Shown here: positions 12,720-24,695 of the stretch, in pieces
Layout of the letters: every line of letters begins with the position of its first letter
Numbering within the stretch: position 1 is the first letter of the stretch
Origin: Octopus sinensis
Lineage: Eukaryota
Direction: 5' to 3'
DNA length: 64,000 bases
NCBI RefSeq assembly: GCF_006345805.1
Contig: NC_043008.1
Coordinates: forward strand, 4,092,001-4,156,000
Translations under genes and position numbers: made by a program
Notes under the pieces: model-generated
What the model was told of the DNA's origin: nothing
The model's database searches: none
What the model saw: only the letters and a program-made list of their open reading frames with translations

Positions 12720-13960
12720 TCATGAAACACCCTGATCTCTCAATTTGCTGTAGGTACCTCTGACATCCCATCATGATACTCTGCTGCACATCTGACCCTC
12801 CCCTCTTCGTCAGTCAATGCTGTTGCTCTCCAACCGATGCTTCATCTCACTCACATAACATTTCCTATGCGTTAACTCTACACATTTAATATTTCATACT
12901 AAACTTAGTCGTCTTCTTCATGCAATGCTCATGTCAGTGCCACACGTTTTATATATGAGCCAACAAGAAAGCTTTCATGTGGATTCATGAGTTATTAGAA
13001 ACAACAGCCAAATTTTTTTCAAGTTACAACTTACCATCTTAAACAAGGTACATTAGATAATACAACCTTAGATATGTTATATCTGATGATCGCAGCTGGT
13101 ATTCCTTTCATCATAAGTCTACCCAATTGGGTTTGACTTCGGCCTAAACAACATATTTTTAACAATGCTTGCCTTGTACACAGAGAAAGATGCCTTTTGT
13201 CATCCTAATGATGGTAATATCTTGCTGGAGTTTTCCCGTTACTTTTCCTTTCAAGTACCTTTTTCTCTAGGACCCCCTTCACTACTGAACAGACCTACTT
13301 CCCATTTAGCATCAGTTTACATTTAGTAATTTAGTTTCTGCCCTGTTAATGTTGAAATGTTTTGATACCAAACACCGGAGCATTTTCAACAAACTTCTCA
13401 ACAGTTTCTGCATGGAAAACAAATCTCTTCACTGTTCAAAATTTTCCAAGGACACCCAGACCTTGATTACTGTGTTTAACTTCAGGTCGATAATGAAAAC
13501 AAAACAGGGCTAGGAACAGATCCTTGATGAACAACTACCTGGCTATTGAAACTCTTTCATACTGCTTTGTGCCACTCCTGGTCAGTAGCTCTATACTTTG
13601 TCTGAATCATGCCCATCACTCATCTTCATGTAACATCTAAGCTACAGAGATCGACTCTCCACCTAAGCCTGTCTCTTGTTCAGTGAATGCAGAGTAGAAA
13701 TGTTTGTTTTTCATGTAGAATTTCTTTTGCAGTTGATTATATATATATAGCATCTGTAGTTTTATAGTCTAAAAGTGCAAACAGAAAATTGAATTTTATC
13801 CAAACTTGTTTATGATTTTTACCTGTAGTTCCATGAATTACTGCATCACTATATTTGCGTCTGCAATTTATAATCTCTAGTGCATTTCTTTTGCCTTTTT
13901 AATGGATAATAATTGTGCTACAACACTGGTTATTAGTGATAATGTGTTCATGCTTGGCAT
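12720..13960 (-). mobile_element. Old RTE-like LINE ORF2 remnant interrupted by a family E repeat (~12955-13155)
   Basis: Minus-strand SFNSQVVVHQGSVPSPVLF RT motif near 13500-13550; the flanks are only weakly recognisable. Confidence 0.6.
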
Positions 13961-14699
13961 AATTAGATGTATAATTAGTGTAGTATTGACGAACTAGTAA
14001 TTTCATCAGTAAAATAATATATTTATTGCAATAAATTTAAAAAACAAAACTTCACATTGTCTTTTTTAAATATTTACTTTTTTACCTTTGAAAAATTGTT
14101 TCAGTAATAACACTAGATTACTCTTGATACCAACAACCCCCTTGTATATTGGTGAAGTTCAAGGGTCTTGGTACTATTTTCTGATATTAATGGAGATAGG
14201 GTTGGTTGTGAACAAATTCATTTGGCAATCTGATTGCTTTGGATTATAGTTGTAGAATTTTCAAGAAATTCTTGAGCCAATCATCACATTATTTTCTAAA
14301 ATACATTTTCAATATTTAGTTTCAATCATTGCTGGGACATCACCTTTAGGGATTTTTAATTGATTGTGTCAAATCTAATTCATATTTCAACCTAGCACTT
14401 GTTTTATCAATCTTTGAAGTGGAAAAGCAAATTGCTGAACTATTTTACCCTATACCTGACTTCCTACCTCAACAGTACCTTCCTTGATATATCTGGGGTT
14501 CCATTTTGATAAGGTACAGTTTATTGAGATTTATTTTTCCACATTTGTATTTATAGAGATATAATATTTTAAAATATCTTCAACAGTGCTTTTTTTTTTC
14601 TCGGCCCCAAGAACACATAATGTCACTTACCAGGCTTCCATAGTATATAAGTGACCAGAATCGTCACATTCCCCACTGAATGGGTTACCAGTCTGTTGC

Positions 14700-14905
14700 A
14701 GGGTACAAAGCCAGCCATTTTTGAAAGGAGGGGGACAAGTCAATTACATTGACCCCAGTGTACATCACTGGTACTTTATTTTATCAACCCTGATGAGATG
14801 AAAGTCAAAGCTATCCTCAGTAGGTTTTGAACATAAAGTGTAGGAAGAAACACCACTAAACATTTCACCTGACACACGAATAATTTTGCCAGTTTTCTAC
14901 CTTCA
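14700..14905 (-). mobile_element. SINE family B
   Basis: aagtcaattacattgaccccagtg...ggtactttattttatcaaccc...gatgaaagtcaaag. Confidence 0.75.
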
Positions 14906-15484
14906 GCGATCCATTACATATTGATCATTTATTCTTTCCTTCTTTAATTTCTATTATGTGTAGTGTCTAGCCATTGAAACTTAATAAAGTTGCTTTGCAG
15001 TTTATCAATGTATATCATTTGTAGGACACCTGTAAATTTCTTGTTTTATGAATGTTCATATTTCTGTTTGCAAGCATACGTTTATAGATCTTCATAACAA
15101 TGCTACATGATGTTAAAAAATGTTTTATTATGTCTTCAGTTTCATTCATTTGGCACTCAAACTCGTCTAAAAGATTTCAGTTATGTCTTTGATTTTATTT
15201 CCAAATGAAAGCTGCTAAAAATCTAAAACTGAAATACATGTAACAAGTAGAATAATACTGTAGACTCTTCTGCACAATCATCATAACCATCGTTGTCACC
15301 TTTGTCTTAGTTATTACTTTGCATGTATGACGTGTCGTAATATTTCTTTCTGGGCTTCTTCTTGCATAACATATTATGCTTTATCTGAGAAACCCATTCT
15401 GTTAAGAATAATGGAAGTTGTATGAAATTTTTAGAAACCCTTTAAGCATTTTGAAGCAAAAAATAACAGTGACTTCAAACTTTA

Positions 15485-15686
15485 ACAGAAGGCCAGTAAT
15501 TTTGAGGGGAAGCAACATGTTGAGTGAATTGAACCCCCATTACGTGACTGGTACTTTATTTTATTGCCACTAACTGGATGAAAAGTGAAAATGACCTTGT
15601 CAGGATTTGAGCTCAATATGTTAAGAGCAAGAAGAAATGCCGCTAAGCAGTTTATCTGATATGCTAATGATTCTGCCAGCTTGCCA
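15485..15686 (-). mobile_element. SINE family B
   Basis: gactggtactttattttattg...ggatgaaaag...gaaatgccgctaagc...ctgccagcttgcc. Confidence 0.75.
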
Positions 15687-15687
15687 C

Positions 15688-16045
15688 ATCATCGTCATCA
15701 TTGTCGTTTAACGTCTGATTTCCATGCTGGCATGGGTTGGACGGTTCGACTGGGGTCTGGGAAGCCAGGAGGCTGCACTAGGCCCCAATCTGATCTGGCA
15801 GTTTTTCTACAGCTGGATGCCCTTCCTAATGCCAACCACTCCAAGTGTAGTGGGTGCTTTTTAAGTGCCACCAGCACAGGGGCCAGAGGAGCTGGCATTG
15901 ACCACGATCAGATAGTGCTTTTTACATGCCACTGGCACAGAAGCCAGTCAAGGCAGCACTGGCATCAGCCTCATTCGGATGGTGCTCTTTACGTGCCACC
16001 GGCACGGGTGTCACAACTACAATTTCCATTTGAATTGATTTTGAT
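15688..16045 (-). mobile_element. SINE family C (RTE-related, (GAT)n tail, internal ~60-bp repeats)
   Basis: catcatcgtcatc..gtttaacgtc..ttccatgctggcatgggttggac...ctggatgcccttcctaatgccaaccactcc, plus three gtgccacc.gcac units. Confidence 0.9.
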
Positions 16046-16074
16046 ATTGCTGTTAATGATAATAATGATAATAA

Positions 16075-16270
16075 TCCTTTCTACCTTGGACACAAAACCT
16101 AAATTTTTTTTTTGTGGTGATGGTGGGGCTAATAGCTTTCATCGACTCCAGTGCCCTGAAAGAATGGAAGACAAGTTGACCTCAGAGGAATCTGAACTCT
16201 GAACATAACCAGAAGAAATGCCATTAACCATTTTGTTCAGGGTGCTAACAATTGAGTCAGCTCTCCATTT
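16075..16270 (-). mobile_element. SINE family B, internally deleted
   Basis: ccctgaaagaatggaagacaagttgacctcagaggaatctgaactctgaac. Confidence 0.65.
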
Positions 16271-16279
16271 TAACGATGA

Positions 16280-16615
16280 TAATAATAATAATAATAATAA
16301 TCATTCAGTGTTTTAAATCCGGGTTTTGTCCCAGTTAACGGGGATGGCTGGATCTACCTCAATGCTATAGCAACCGAGGTAGGCAGGTGCAGCCCACCCC
16401 AACCTTTGGGCTGGCTGGTGCCCATTTTCCTTTACTATCATGAGGCTTTTTTGGAACTGGATTTTCTATGGGGAGCATGCCCTTAAGTACCCCCCAACCT
16501 CAGTTTCTAGACCTGAGTGGTCCCAAGACCAGGCCTCTACTGCAATTATTAAGAAATGTGGAAAACTAGCTCAGGAAGGCAGGGACACAACTCCTTCTGG
16601 AGCCCCACGTCCCAA
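16280..16615 (-). mobile_element. RTE-tailed SINE-like element, distinct from family C
   Basis: GC-rich block. The minus strand has aagggcatgc..tagaaaat and ends ccagccatccccgttaactgggacaaaacccggatttaaaac followed by (ATT)n, like RTE 3' ends. Confidence 0.55.
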
Positions 16616-16664
16616 TAATAAAGATGATGATGATGATGGCAGTAACAACAATGATGATGATGAT

Positions 16665-16880
16665 TCTTTCTACTCTTGGTACAAGCCTGAAATTTTGAGG
16701 GGAGGAGGGTAGTTAATTACATTGTCCAGTATTTTACTGGCACCTATTCTATTGGCCCTGAATGAAAGAAAGACAAAGTTAAGCTCAGCAGAATTTGAAC
16801 TCAACATTTAAAGAGCTGAAAGCAATGCTGCTAAGCATTTTGTCTGATGTGTTAAATGTTTCTGCCTGTTTGTCACCTAA
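16665..16880 (-). mobile_element. SINE family B
   Basis: gacaaagttaagctcagcagaatttgaactcaac...gctaagcattttgtc. Confidence 0.7.
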
Positions 16881-18279
16881 ATCACAAGAACAACAACAAC
16901 AATGCTATGGAATTGTTATTAACCTGATTATTTAGCAGATGCAATAAGATCTATAGCTAAATTTTTGTACAATTCTTTCTTTTCCCTTCAGTATTCTCTA
17001 GGAAACATTCAATTTCCTAAATTTGAAATTGTAAAAATATTTGAGAAAAACTGTTAATTTTTTTTTGCAATGAAACTTGTTTTGCTTATTTACTTTGACC
17101 TTTCCCAGTCTTGACTTCAAGAATATATTTTCTAACCCTCAGGCTTTATCCAAATTTATTTTTATTCATATCAAAATTATTTTCCTGAACTTTGGCATTA
17201 GTGTGTGTGTGTGTGTGTGTGTGCTGTTTTGGTTTTCTTTTACAAAACAAAGAAATTAAAATAAATCACTTACATTTGAAGATTATCACCATTTTCTCAA
17301 TAAATAAATTAAATGAATAATGCTATATTAATATATAAATAATGAATGCAGACACCAGATGATGATGATGATGATAAATAATTATATTAATAAATAATAT
17401 ATTTATAAATAAAAAAAAATCACAAATAAAGAATGGAAACGTCATTAGGTAATTTGTTCAAATTAACAAAGTCATTTGCTACCAGAACCTGACAATGAAA
17501 ACAAACAAACCGATGCAGGGGGTGTGTTTGATTCTCTGTCTTCTTCCTGCTCCCCCCCCCCCGCCCCTCGTCTCTCTCATATGCTCAAAAGAGAAGATGC
17601 ATAAGTTATAGTGTGAAAGGACCTGGAGAGAAGTTATTTAGTACCAGCTTAAAAAAATATCTACAGAACATAGATTCATCTTTATTTTTTACATGGAAAC
17701 TTGAAGTCTGTACTTTTTTTCCCTACTAATCATCAATATAGATGCAAATGCAGATCTAAATCGTAAGATTTCTAGAAAACTTGACATTCATTTCAAATTG
17801 TCTACTATTTAAATGCAAAGTTTTCTTTTATTTTCACACACACACACACACACTCTCCCTCTCTGTCTCTCTCTGTCTCTCTCTCTCTCTCTCACACACA
17901 CACAGACACATACACACACACTAAAATAGCTGATTTTAGTTGATCAAATATTTAATAGTTCTTTATATAATTGCATAAAACTTTCACATTTATATTGTAG
18001 TGTACCTAAAATCTCTAACTTACAAGTTTATGGTTTTATGATTTTATGCTTATATAATTTTTAGAATGATTTCCCCAGTAAAATGAAATATATGAAATAT
18101 ACCAGTTTAGTTTGACTCTTTATATGGAATGCATTATATTTTCACCAAATTATTACATGTATGAAACTGGACACGTGCCAGATTTATAAAAGACAACTGT
18201 TACAGTATATCTACAAGATGTATTGTGAAATGAAAGTGGATAACATATTCAGACTGGAGTCCCATGCCCAAGCCATCCC

Positions 18280-18470
18280 AGGCACAGGCTTAACTATGTT
18301 ATTACGAAGCTTGCTTTGCAATCACATGATCTCAGGTTCAATCCCACTATGCAGCACATTTGGCAAGCATCTTCTACTCTAACCTCTGACTGACCAACGA
18401 CTTGTGAATGAATTTGATAGACAGAAACCATGTGGATACTCACAATGTGTGTTTGTGTGAGTGTATAGAC
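18280..18470 (+). mobile_element. SINE family A head running into (TA)n at 18490-18542
   Basis: gaagcttgctttgcaatcacatgatctcaggttcaatcccactatgcagcacatttggcaag. Confidence 0.75.
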
Positions 18471-18487
18471 ACATATATATATACAAA

Positions 18488-18547
<60 letters not shown>

Positions 18548-19809
18548 GCATATATGGTTACAGGAAGTCACCAACAATAAGCAACATGAAATATGAAAAC
18601 AAATGAGTTAAATACCCAAACAACGAGAGAAAGACATGGAAAGCAGGACACGCAAAGAATGACCCTTTGTCAGTTGTCAGCTGTCTATCTACTCCTCATT
18701 TCAAGCATTGAACGACAATATGACCCTTCGAAGACAGTTGCTCCCATAAATACCAAAATAAAGTTTTGGTATTTATGCATTCTATGTCCTAAATATAGTG
18801 GGGTTTTTTTTTCTGGTCGTTGTTGTACATTCAACCATGTTTCACTGACTAAATCAGAAATCTTCCACCCATATCTCATGTTGTTATGCTTGTTGCTATA
18901 GCTTCTGGTCAATTCTTACCAAGAAATCCTATACTGAAGGACATTCCAGCCATTTATCATCTCATTTTTGTCAACCAATGGGCCATCATTTTTTTAAAAT
19001 GCCAAAGTGTGGTTTGTGCCAGGTTTTGACACAATTCCTAGCAGTTTTGCAACCAAATTGAACCGTCTTCTTCTAGGCTCATGTCTTATGTAGTTATTGA
19101 CTCAAGTGGGAAGATAATGTAGCATATGATAAGAACTTTCAAGAGATGAGATAAAATATTCTATTTTGACTTTGACCAACAAGGATATTTAAGGACCTAA
19201 TAACTCAAATATTTACATAAGAGAAAAACTAAACCCTAAAGACACAATATAATTACTCCGATCTTTTTGTAATTGACAGATGAGTTTCTCTTAGAGTTAT
19301 TTTACTGTGCTTAAGTTGGAGTGCATTTTATTTTTATTATATTAGGTAATTACCATCTTTTAATTTTAATGGTTATTGATTATTGTATGAAAATATAATT
19401 AAAAGATTATACAAAGCATCTAATACTAATTAGAGAAAAAAAAAACTCTTTCTTCATTTAGAAATAATTTTTTGTTTGAATAATGTCTTAGTTCTAATCC
19501 TGCAATTGTTGGCATAAAATCGCCACTTTTCTTTTTAGCACCATAAGCTGCAAATAATGATGTATGCGCCATACAAGTGTTCCTCATAAACACTAAACCT
19601 AAAGATTTAAAGTATTTGTTGTGTGCAGTCACGACGCAGTGTATAATTATATATTTCTCTTTCTTTTTTTTTTCACTGTCCCTTTTCTTTTTCTCCCTCT
19701 CTTTCTCCCCATCTCTTTCTCTCTATATATACATACATATATATATATGTATTTATGTATACCTATATGCAAGTATATGCATTTATATATGCAGATGTGT
19801 ATGTATATA

Positions 19810-19914
19810 ATCATCATCATTTAATGTCCACTTTCCATGCTGGCATGGGTTGGACAATTTGACTGAGGACTGGCAAACCAGATGGCAGCACCAGGCTCCA
19901 ATCTGATCTGGCAG
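19810..19914 (-). mobile_element. SINE family C 3' fragment embedded in microsatellite
   Basis: catcatcatttaatgtccactttccatgctggcatgggttggac...ctgatctggcag. Confidence 0.85.
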
Positions 19915-20121
19915 AATACACACACATACATATGTAAATGTGCATATAAACATATACACATACATATATACATATATTTATGCGTATTTATATTCATACA
20001 CAATTATATGTGTATGTGTATATACATTTAAATATCTGTACATGCACAGACACCCACACACACATATATATATTCACATACATCTATATATATATATGTA
20101 TTTACATTCATATATATATAT

Positions 20122-20325
20122 CGGGAGAGTTTACGAAAAACACAAAAGACAAAGACAGGTGGTGTACAAAACAAACAGATGTATTAGTATAACGCTCAGG
20201 AATAGAAAAAGTCTTTTATGTTTCGAGCCTATGCTCTTCTACGGAAAGGAACATGAGGAAATAAACTGAGAGACAATAAAAAGAGAGATAATTAAAAAAC
20301 TTGTAGATTTAGTGATCAATCATAT
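20122..20325 (-). mobile_element. Penelope-like terminal-repeat fragment with degenerate minimal hammerhead
   Basis: Minus strand tttccgtagaagagcataggctcgaaacataaaagac (gagc/gctc stem then GAAAC), inserted in TA-rich repeat. Confidence 0.45.
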
Positions 20326-20339
20326 ATGTTTATGAATAT

Positions 20340-20420
20340 TATTGTATATATCTATCTGTATGTATGTATGTATATATATGTATATATATATATGTATATA
20401 TATATATGTATATATATATG

Positions 20421-20475
<55 letters not shown>

Positions 20476-20485
20476 ATATATATAG

Positions 20486-20517
<32 letters not shown>

Positions 20518-20525
20518 ATATATAT

Positions 20526-20556
<31 letters not shown>

Positions 20557-20639
20557 TGTGTATATACATACATACAGATATACTCATGCACATACTACAC
20601 ATGCTTATATTTCTATGTTTGTATGTGTGTATATTTATA

Positions 20640-20682
<43 letters not shown>

Positions 20683-20725
20683 CACCTTCTTCTAAACAGA
20701 GATAGATAGATAGATAGATAGATAC
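20340..20725. repeat. Compound (TA)n/(TATG)n/(TAGA)n microsatellite
   Basis: Direct reading. Confidence 0.95.
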
Positions 20726-20902
20726 CTATACATACCTGCATATTGTGTGTCACGGGGTATAAGTTTGTTCTTAAATTTTATAGCCATCAAGCCTAGAGCA
20801 TCTGGGTGTTGCAGACTTCCGTTTTGCTCCTAATCCACCAATCTCTATAAAATTTAGTGTCTATATACATGTGTGTGTAGTGATGTATGTATTTAATGTG
20901 TG

Positions 20903-21325
20903 TTGCCAGCCTCGCCTGGCCCCGTGCCGGTGACACGTAAAAGCACCGTCCGTTCGTGGCCGTTTGCCAGCTCTGTCTGGCCCCGTGTCGGTGGCACGTA
21001 AAAGCACCATCTGTTCGTGTCCATTGCCAGCCTCAGCTGGCCCCCGTGCCGGTGACACGTAAAAGCACCGTCCGTTCGTGTCCGTTTGCCAGCTCTGTCT
21101 GGCACCTGTGCAGGTGGCACGTAAAAAACACCCACTACACTCGCAGAGTGGTTGGCGTTAGGAAGGGCATCTAGCCGTAGAAACACTGCCAGATCTGACT
21201 GGGCCTGACGAAGCCTTCCAGCTTCACAGACCCCAGTAGAACCGTCCAAGCCATGCTAGCATGGAAAGCGGACGCTAAATGATGATGATGATGATGATGA
21301 TGATATAATATAAGATGATGATGAT
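20903..21325 (+). mobile_element. SINE family C, young copy with four ~61-bp internal repeats and (GAT)n tail
   Basis: Units begin at 20905, 20966, 21026 and 21088, then ggcgttaggaagggcatctagccgtagaaac...ccatgctagcatggaaagcggacgctaaatgatgatg; CpGs retained. Confidence 0.92.
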
Positions 21326-21519
21326 ACTGTTGAATTAGGTACTTAAATTGAGACATTTTGCTAGGTCGGTATAATCCACACAGCCAAACAATATTAATTA
21401 AATATTGAATATCAAGACTCCGTGCAGGGGTGTTTGTACCTGATATTCCTGCCATGTGTGCAGGAGCTGCTTGAAACAGCTGTAAGCAATTGAAACCTGA
21501 ACATCTTTGGTACTCATTT

Positions 21520-21564
<45 letters not shown>

Positions 21565-21622
21565 ATATATATTAGAAAAAACTTTTTCTAATATATAATA
21601 CCTGTACATCATCTCCAAACCT

Positions 21623-21671
<49 letters not shown>

Positions 21672-21699
21672 GTGTGTGTGTGTGTGTGTGTGTGTTATT

Positions 21700-21857
21700 A
21701 TCATCATCATCATCATCTCTTAAGATCCATTTTCCCTGCTGGCATGGGTTGGACAGTTTGACTGAGGACTGGCAAGCCAGGAGGCTACACCAGGCTCATA
21801 TCTGATCTGGCAATGTTTCTACAGCTGAATGCCCTTCCTAATGCTAACCACTCCGAG
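21700..21857 (-). mobile_element. SINE family C 3' half, truncated at (TA)n
   Basis: gctggcatgggttggacag...gcccttcctaatgctaaccactccgag. Confidence 0.85.
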
Positions 21858-21879
21858 ATATATATATATGATTATATAT

Positions 21880-21935
<56 letters not shown>

Positions 21936-22344
21936 CATGTATGTGTCAGTAATATATATATATATATATACATGTGCATTTGTATGTTTGTTATTTATAT
22001 ATATGCATGTGTGTGTGTGTGTGTGTGTACATAAACTTGTATGTATCTATTCACATGTCCACCCACTCATGAATCACATGTACATATTGATATGTATATA
22101 TAATTTATATACATATACACATGTGTATGTTTGAGTTTGTAACCTATCTTTATGTATGTTATATGTGTATATACACACATCTTTATGTATGTTATATGTG
22201 TATATATATATATATATGCACACATACATATGTATATATAAATCCATACCAACCACTATATATCTGTGTTTGCATGCATACATATATATACATATATGTA
22301 TATAAGTGTATACACACATCCACCCACACATCACAATATCAGGC

Positions 22345-22359
22345 ACACACACACATACA

Positions 22360-22423
<64 letters not shown>
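22345..22423. repeat. (CA)n microsatellite
   Basis: Direct reading. Confidence 0.95.
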
Positions 22424-22426
<3 letters not shown>

Positions 22427-23361
22427 GCATAAGCTTGAAAAAAATACATTTTTTTAAAAAATAGATTAAAGATGTTTTTATGTAGAAAAGGTTTTGCATT
22501 GTATGAAAGATTTCTTTAAAAATAAATGTTGATTTTTAGATCATCTCATTATTTAATATGAGAGAAACATCAAATTTGTTTGTAGAAGTTGTAAGCATTT
22601 TACTTAGCTTCATATCATTTTAAAATAAATAATAAAAAAGTGGAAAAATTCAAAGGAACATAATTTTCATTTATTATTTTTATTTATTATTTATATATTT
22701 ATATGTTTTTTTTTTCTTTCTTGTAATATTTTATGATGAACAAAAATGAAACAAAAACTAGCTGCAGGACATATGTTTTTGAAAAGGCCAAAGTATATAA
22801 ATCTGTAACTTTCTTAAAACATATTAAGGAAGAGAAAAGTTACGGATAAAGATGAAGAAGAAGGAGAAAAAGAAGAAGAAAAAAAAAGAAAAAAATCAGT
22901 AGTAGAATACATACATGCATATATATATATACATATATATATATAAAATATTTAGAAGATTATAAGCAGACAAAATAACATTGAAAATCAATAAGTTATT
23001 TTCAATAGATTCCTATTGAAAATGTACATTAACGTAATGTGTCCAATGCTAATGTATGTTCTTACTGCAAAAAGTTACATTACTCTCTATTATTATTCTG
23101 AATGATCTTCAAGTGGTATAGGGCCTGTCATAGCTGGCAAGATATTGTCTGCTCTATGAGGAAAATGATATTTGTGTAGAATGCGTTTAGATTTTTGTGT
23201 ATTTCAATGTAAAGTGTAAAGTAGATATGTAGAACTGAACGGAAAAAAAAAAATCAACTGTAATGTTTAATCTTTTAAGACATAGGTTCTGTGGATGTGC
23301 ATGTCTGTGCGTAATGTGAAGATGTATGTGTGTATATATGTGTGTATGCATATGTGTGTAT

Positions 23362-23398
<37 letters not shown>

Positions 23399-23994
23399 AG
23401 CAAGCACACATGTGTATATGTTTATGATTAAAATGGGTGGCCCCTACAATGCTTATCCTTCTGCACCCTTTTTCTGTTTCTTGGACATGGTTCTTGAAAA
23501 ATGAGGGAAACGAATGCCATAATCACTTAATGGTTTCATCCAATCCAAATGTTTCATCTTTCACATAAAGGTTATCAGCAGCGCACATCTTTGCCGTTGG
23601 TATTACTGGTATCAGTATAATAAATCCTGAGAGTGTGCTTATATATATATATATGTGTGTGTATGTGCATATATATTATACATATATGTGTATGTATTAA
23701 TATGTATGTAAATGTGTGCCTACGTATGTATATGTATGCATATATGTACATGTATTTACACATATACATGCATACACAAACACACATTTATATATTTATA
23801 TATTTATTGACTTAAATGTTTTTGTACACACATGTATGTGTGTGTGTGTGTGTGTGTGTATACTCATAAGCACACATTCATACAAACACACACATATGTA
23901 TATATATATATACACACACACATGTTCATATGTATGTATATATTTGCATACATGCATAACTATATCATCATCATCATCGTTTAACGTCTGCTTA

Positions 23995-24506
23995 TCCAAA
24001 ATTAATTGAAAACATTCTCTGTGGGACAAACCCGTTGTAGTTTGGGCTTCTGCCACTAGAAGCCACTTGATGCAATCCTCAGGCATAAGTCTGCCCAATG
24101 ACACCATCAGGTTAGGTTGTACTGCCATGTGGTGCATCTTTGTTTTGCAGTGCTTCTCCCCTGTTTGTCAATTTTTGCGATGGCTGAAAAAAAAACAGCA
24201 TGCTTCTGTGAAATTGTTTTCTGTTGGGGAAAAACAGTGACCGAAACAGTTCTCATGCTTCAAACAGTTTACAAGGACATTGCCACGAGAAAAACAAAAG
24301 TTTACAAGTGGTTTTCATACTTCAGGAATGGTCACTTGTCACTTGAAAACCAGTCTTGTTCAGGGTGACCAGTGACAGCCCAAATGAATAAAAACATCAT
24401 GAAAATTCATGAACTGATCTTGGAAGACCATCACTGAACAATTGACAAACTTGTTGACATGACTGGTGTGTCCTGGAGCTCCTACCAACGAATTTTGAGT
24501 GAGGAA
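23995..24506 (+). mobile_element. Mariner transposon 5' fragment (transposase HTH pseudogene)
   Basis: From ~24180: MAEKK...GKTVTETVLMLQTVYKDIATRKTKVYKWFSYFRNGHLSLENQSCSG*PVTAQMNKNIMKIHELILEDHH*TIDKLVDMTGVSWSSYQRILSEE; ends at a SINE B junction. Confidence 0.88.
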
Positions 24507-24695
24507 TATTTCGTCTGCCGCTACGTTCTGAGTTCAAATTCTGCCAAGGTCGACTTTGCCTTTCATCCTTTCAGGGTTGATTAAATAAGTACCATTTATG
24601 CACTGGGGTTGATATAATCGACTTAATCCGTTTGTCTGTCCTTGTTTGTCCCCTCTCTGTTTAGCCCCTTGTGGGTAGCAAAAAAAAATATAGAT
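24507..24695 (+). mobile_element. SINE family B, young, 5'-truncated
   Basis: atttcgtctgccgctacgttctgagttcaaattctgccaaggtcgactttgcctttcatcc...agccccttgtgggtagc; close match to the reverse complement of 49800-50029. Confidence 0.9.

Noticed and set aside
15681-16202. 173-aa ORF with QSDLAVFLQLDALPNANHS, a peptide that also recurs at 20893, 49431 and 62960
   Set aside because: Antisense read-through of SINE family C, not a protein family.
19426-19632. 68-aa minus-strand ORF in unique-looking sequence
   Set aside because: No recognisable domain or convincing splice-site pair.
20905-21133. CRISPR-like appearance of the ~61-bp periodic repeats (also 49560-49784)
   Set aside because: Whole units are repeated with no unique spacers, there are no cas genes, and the context is a eukaryotic SINE.
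24117-24368. 83-aa ORF as a functional or domesticated transposase
   Set aside because: Frameshift, in-frame stops and truncation at a SINE; no catalytic domain.
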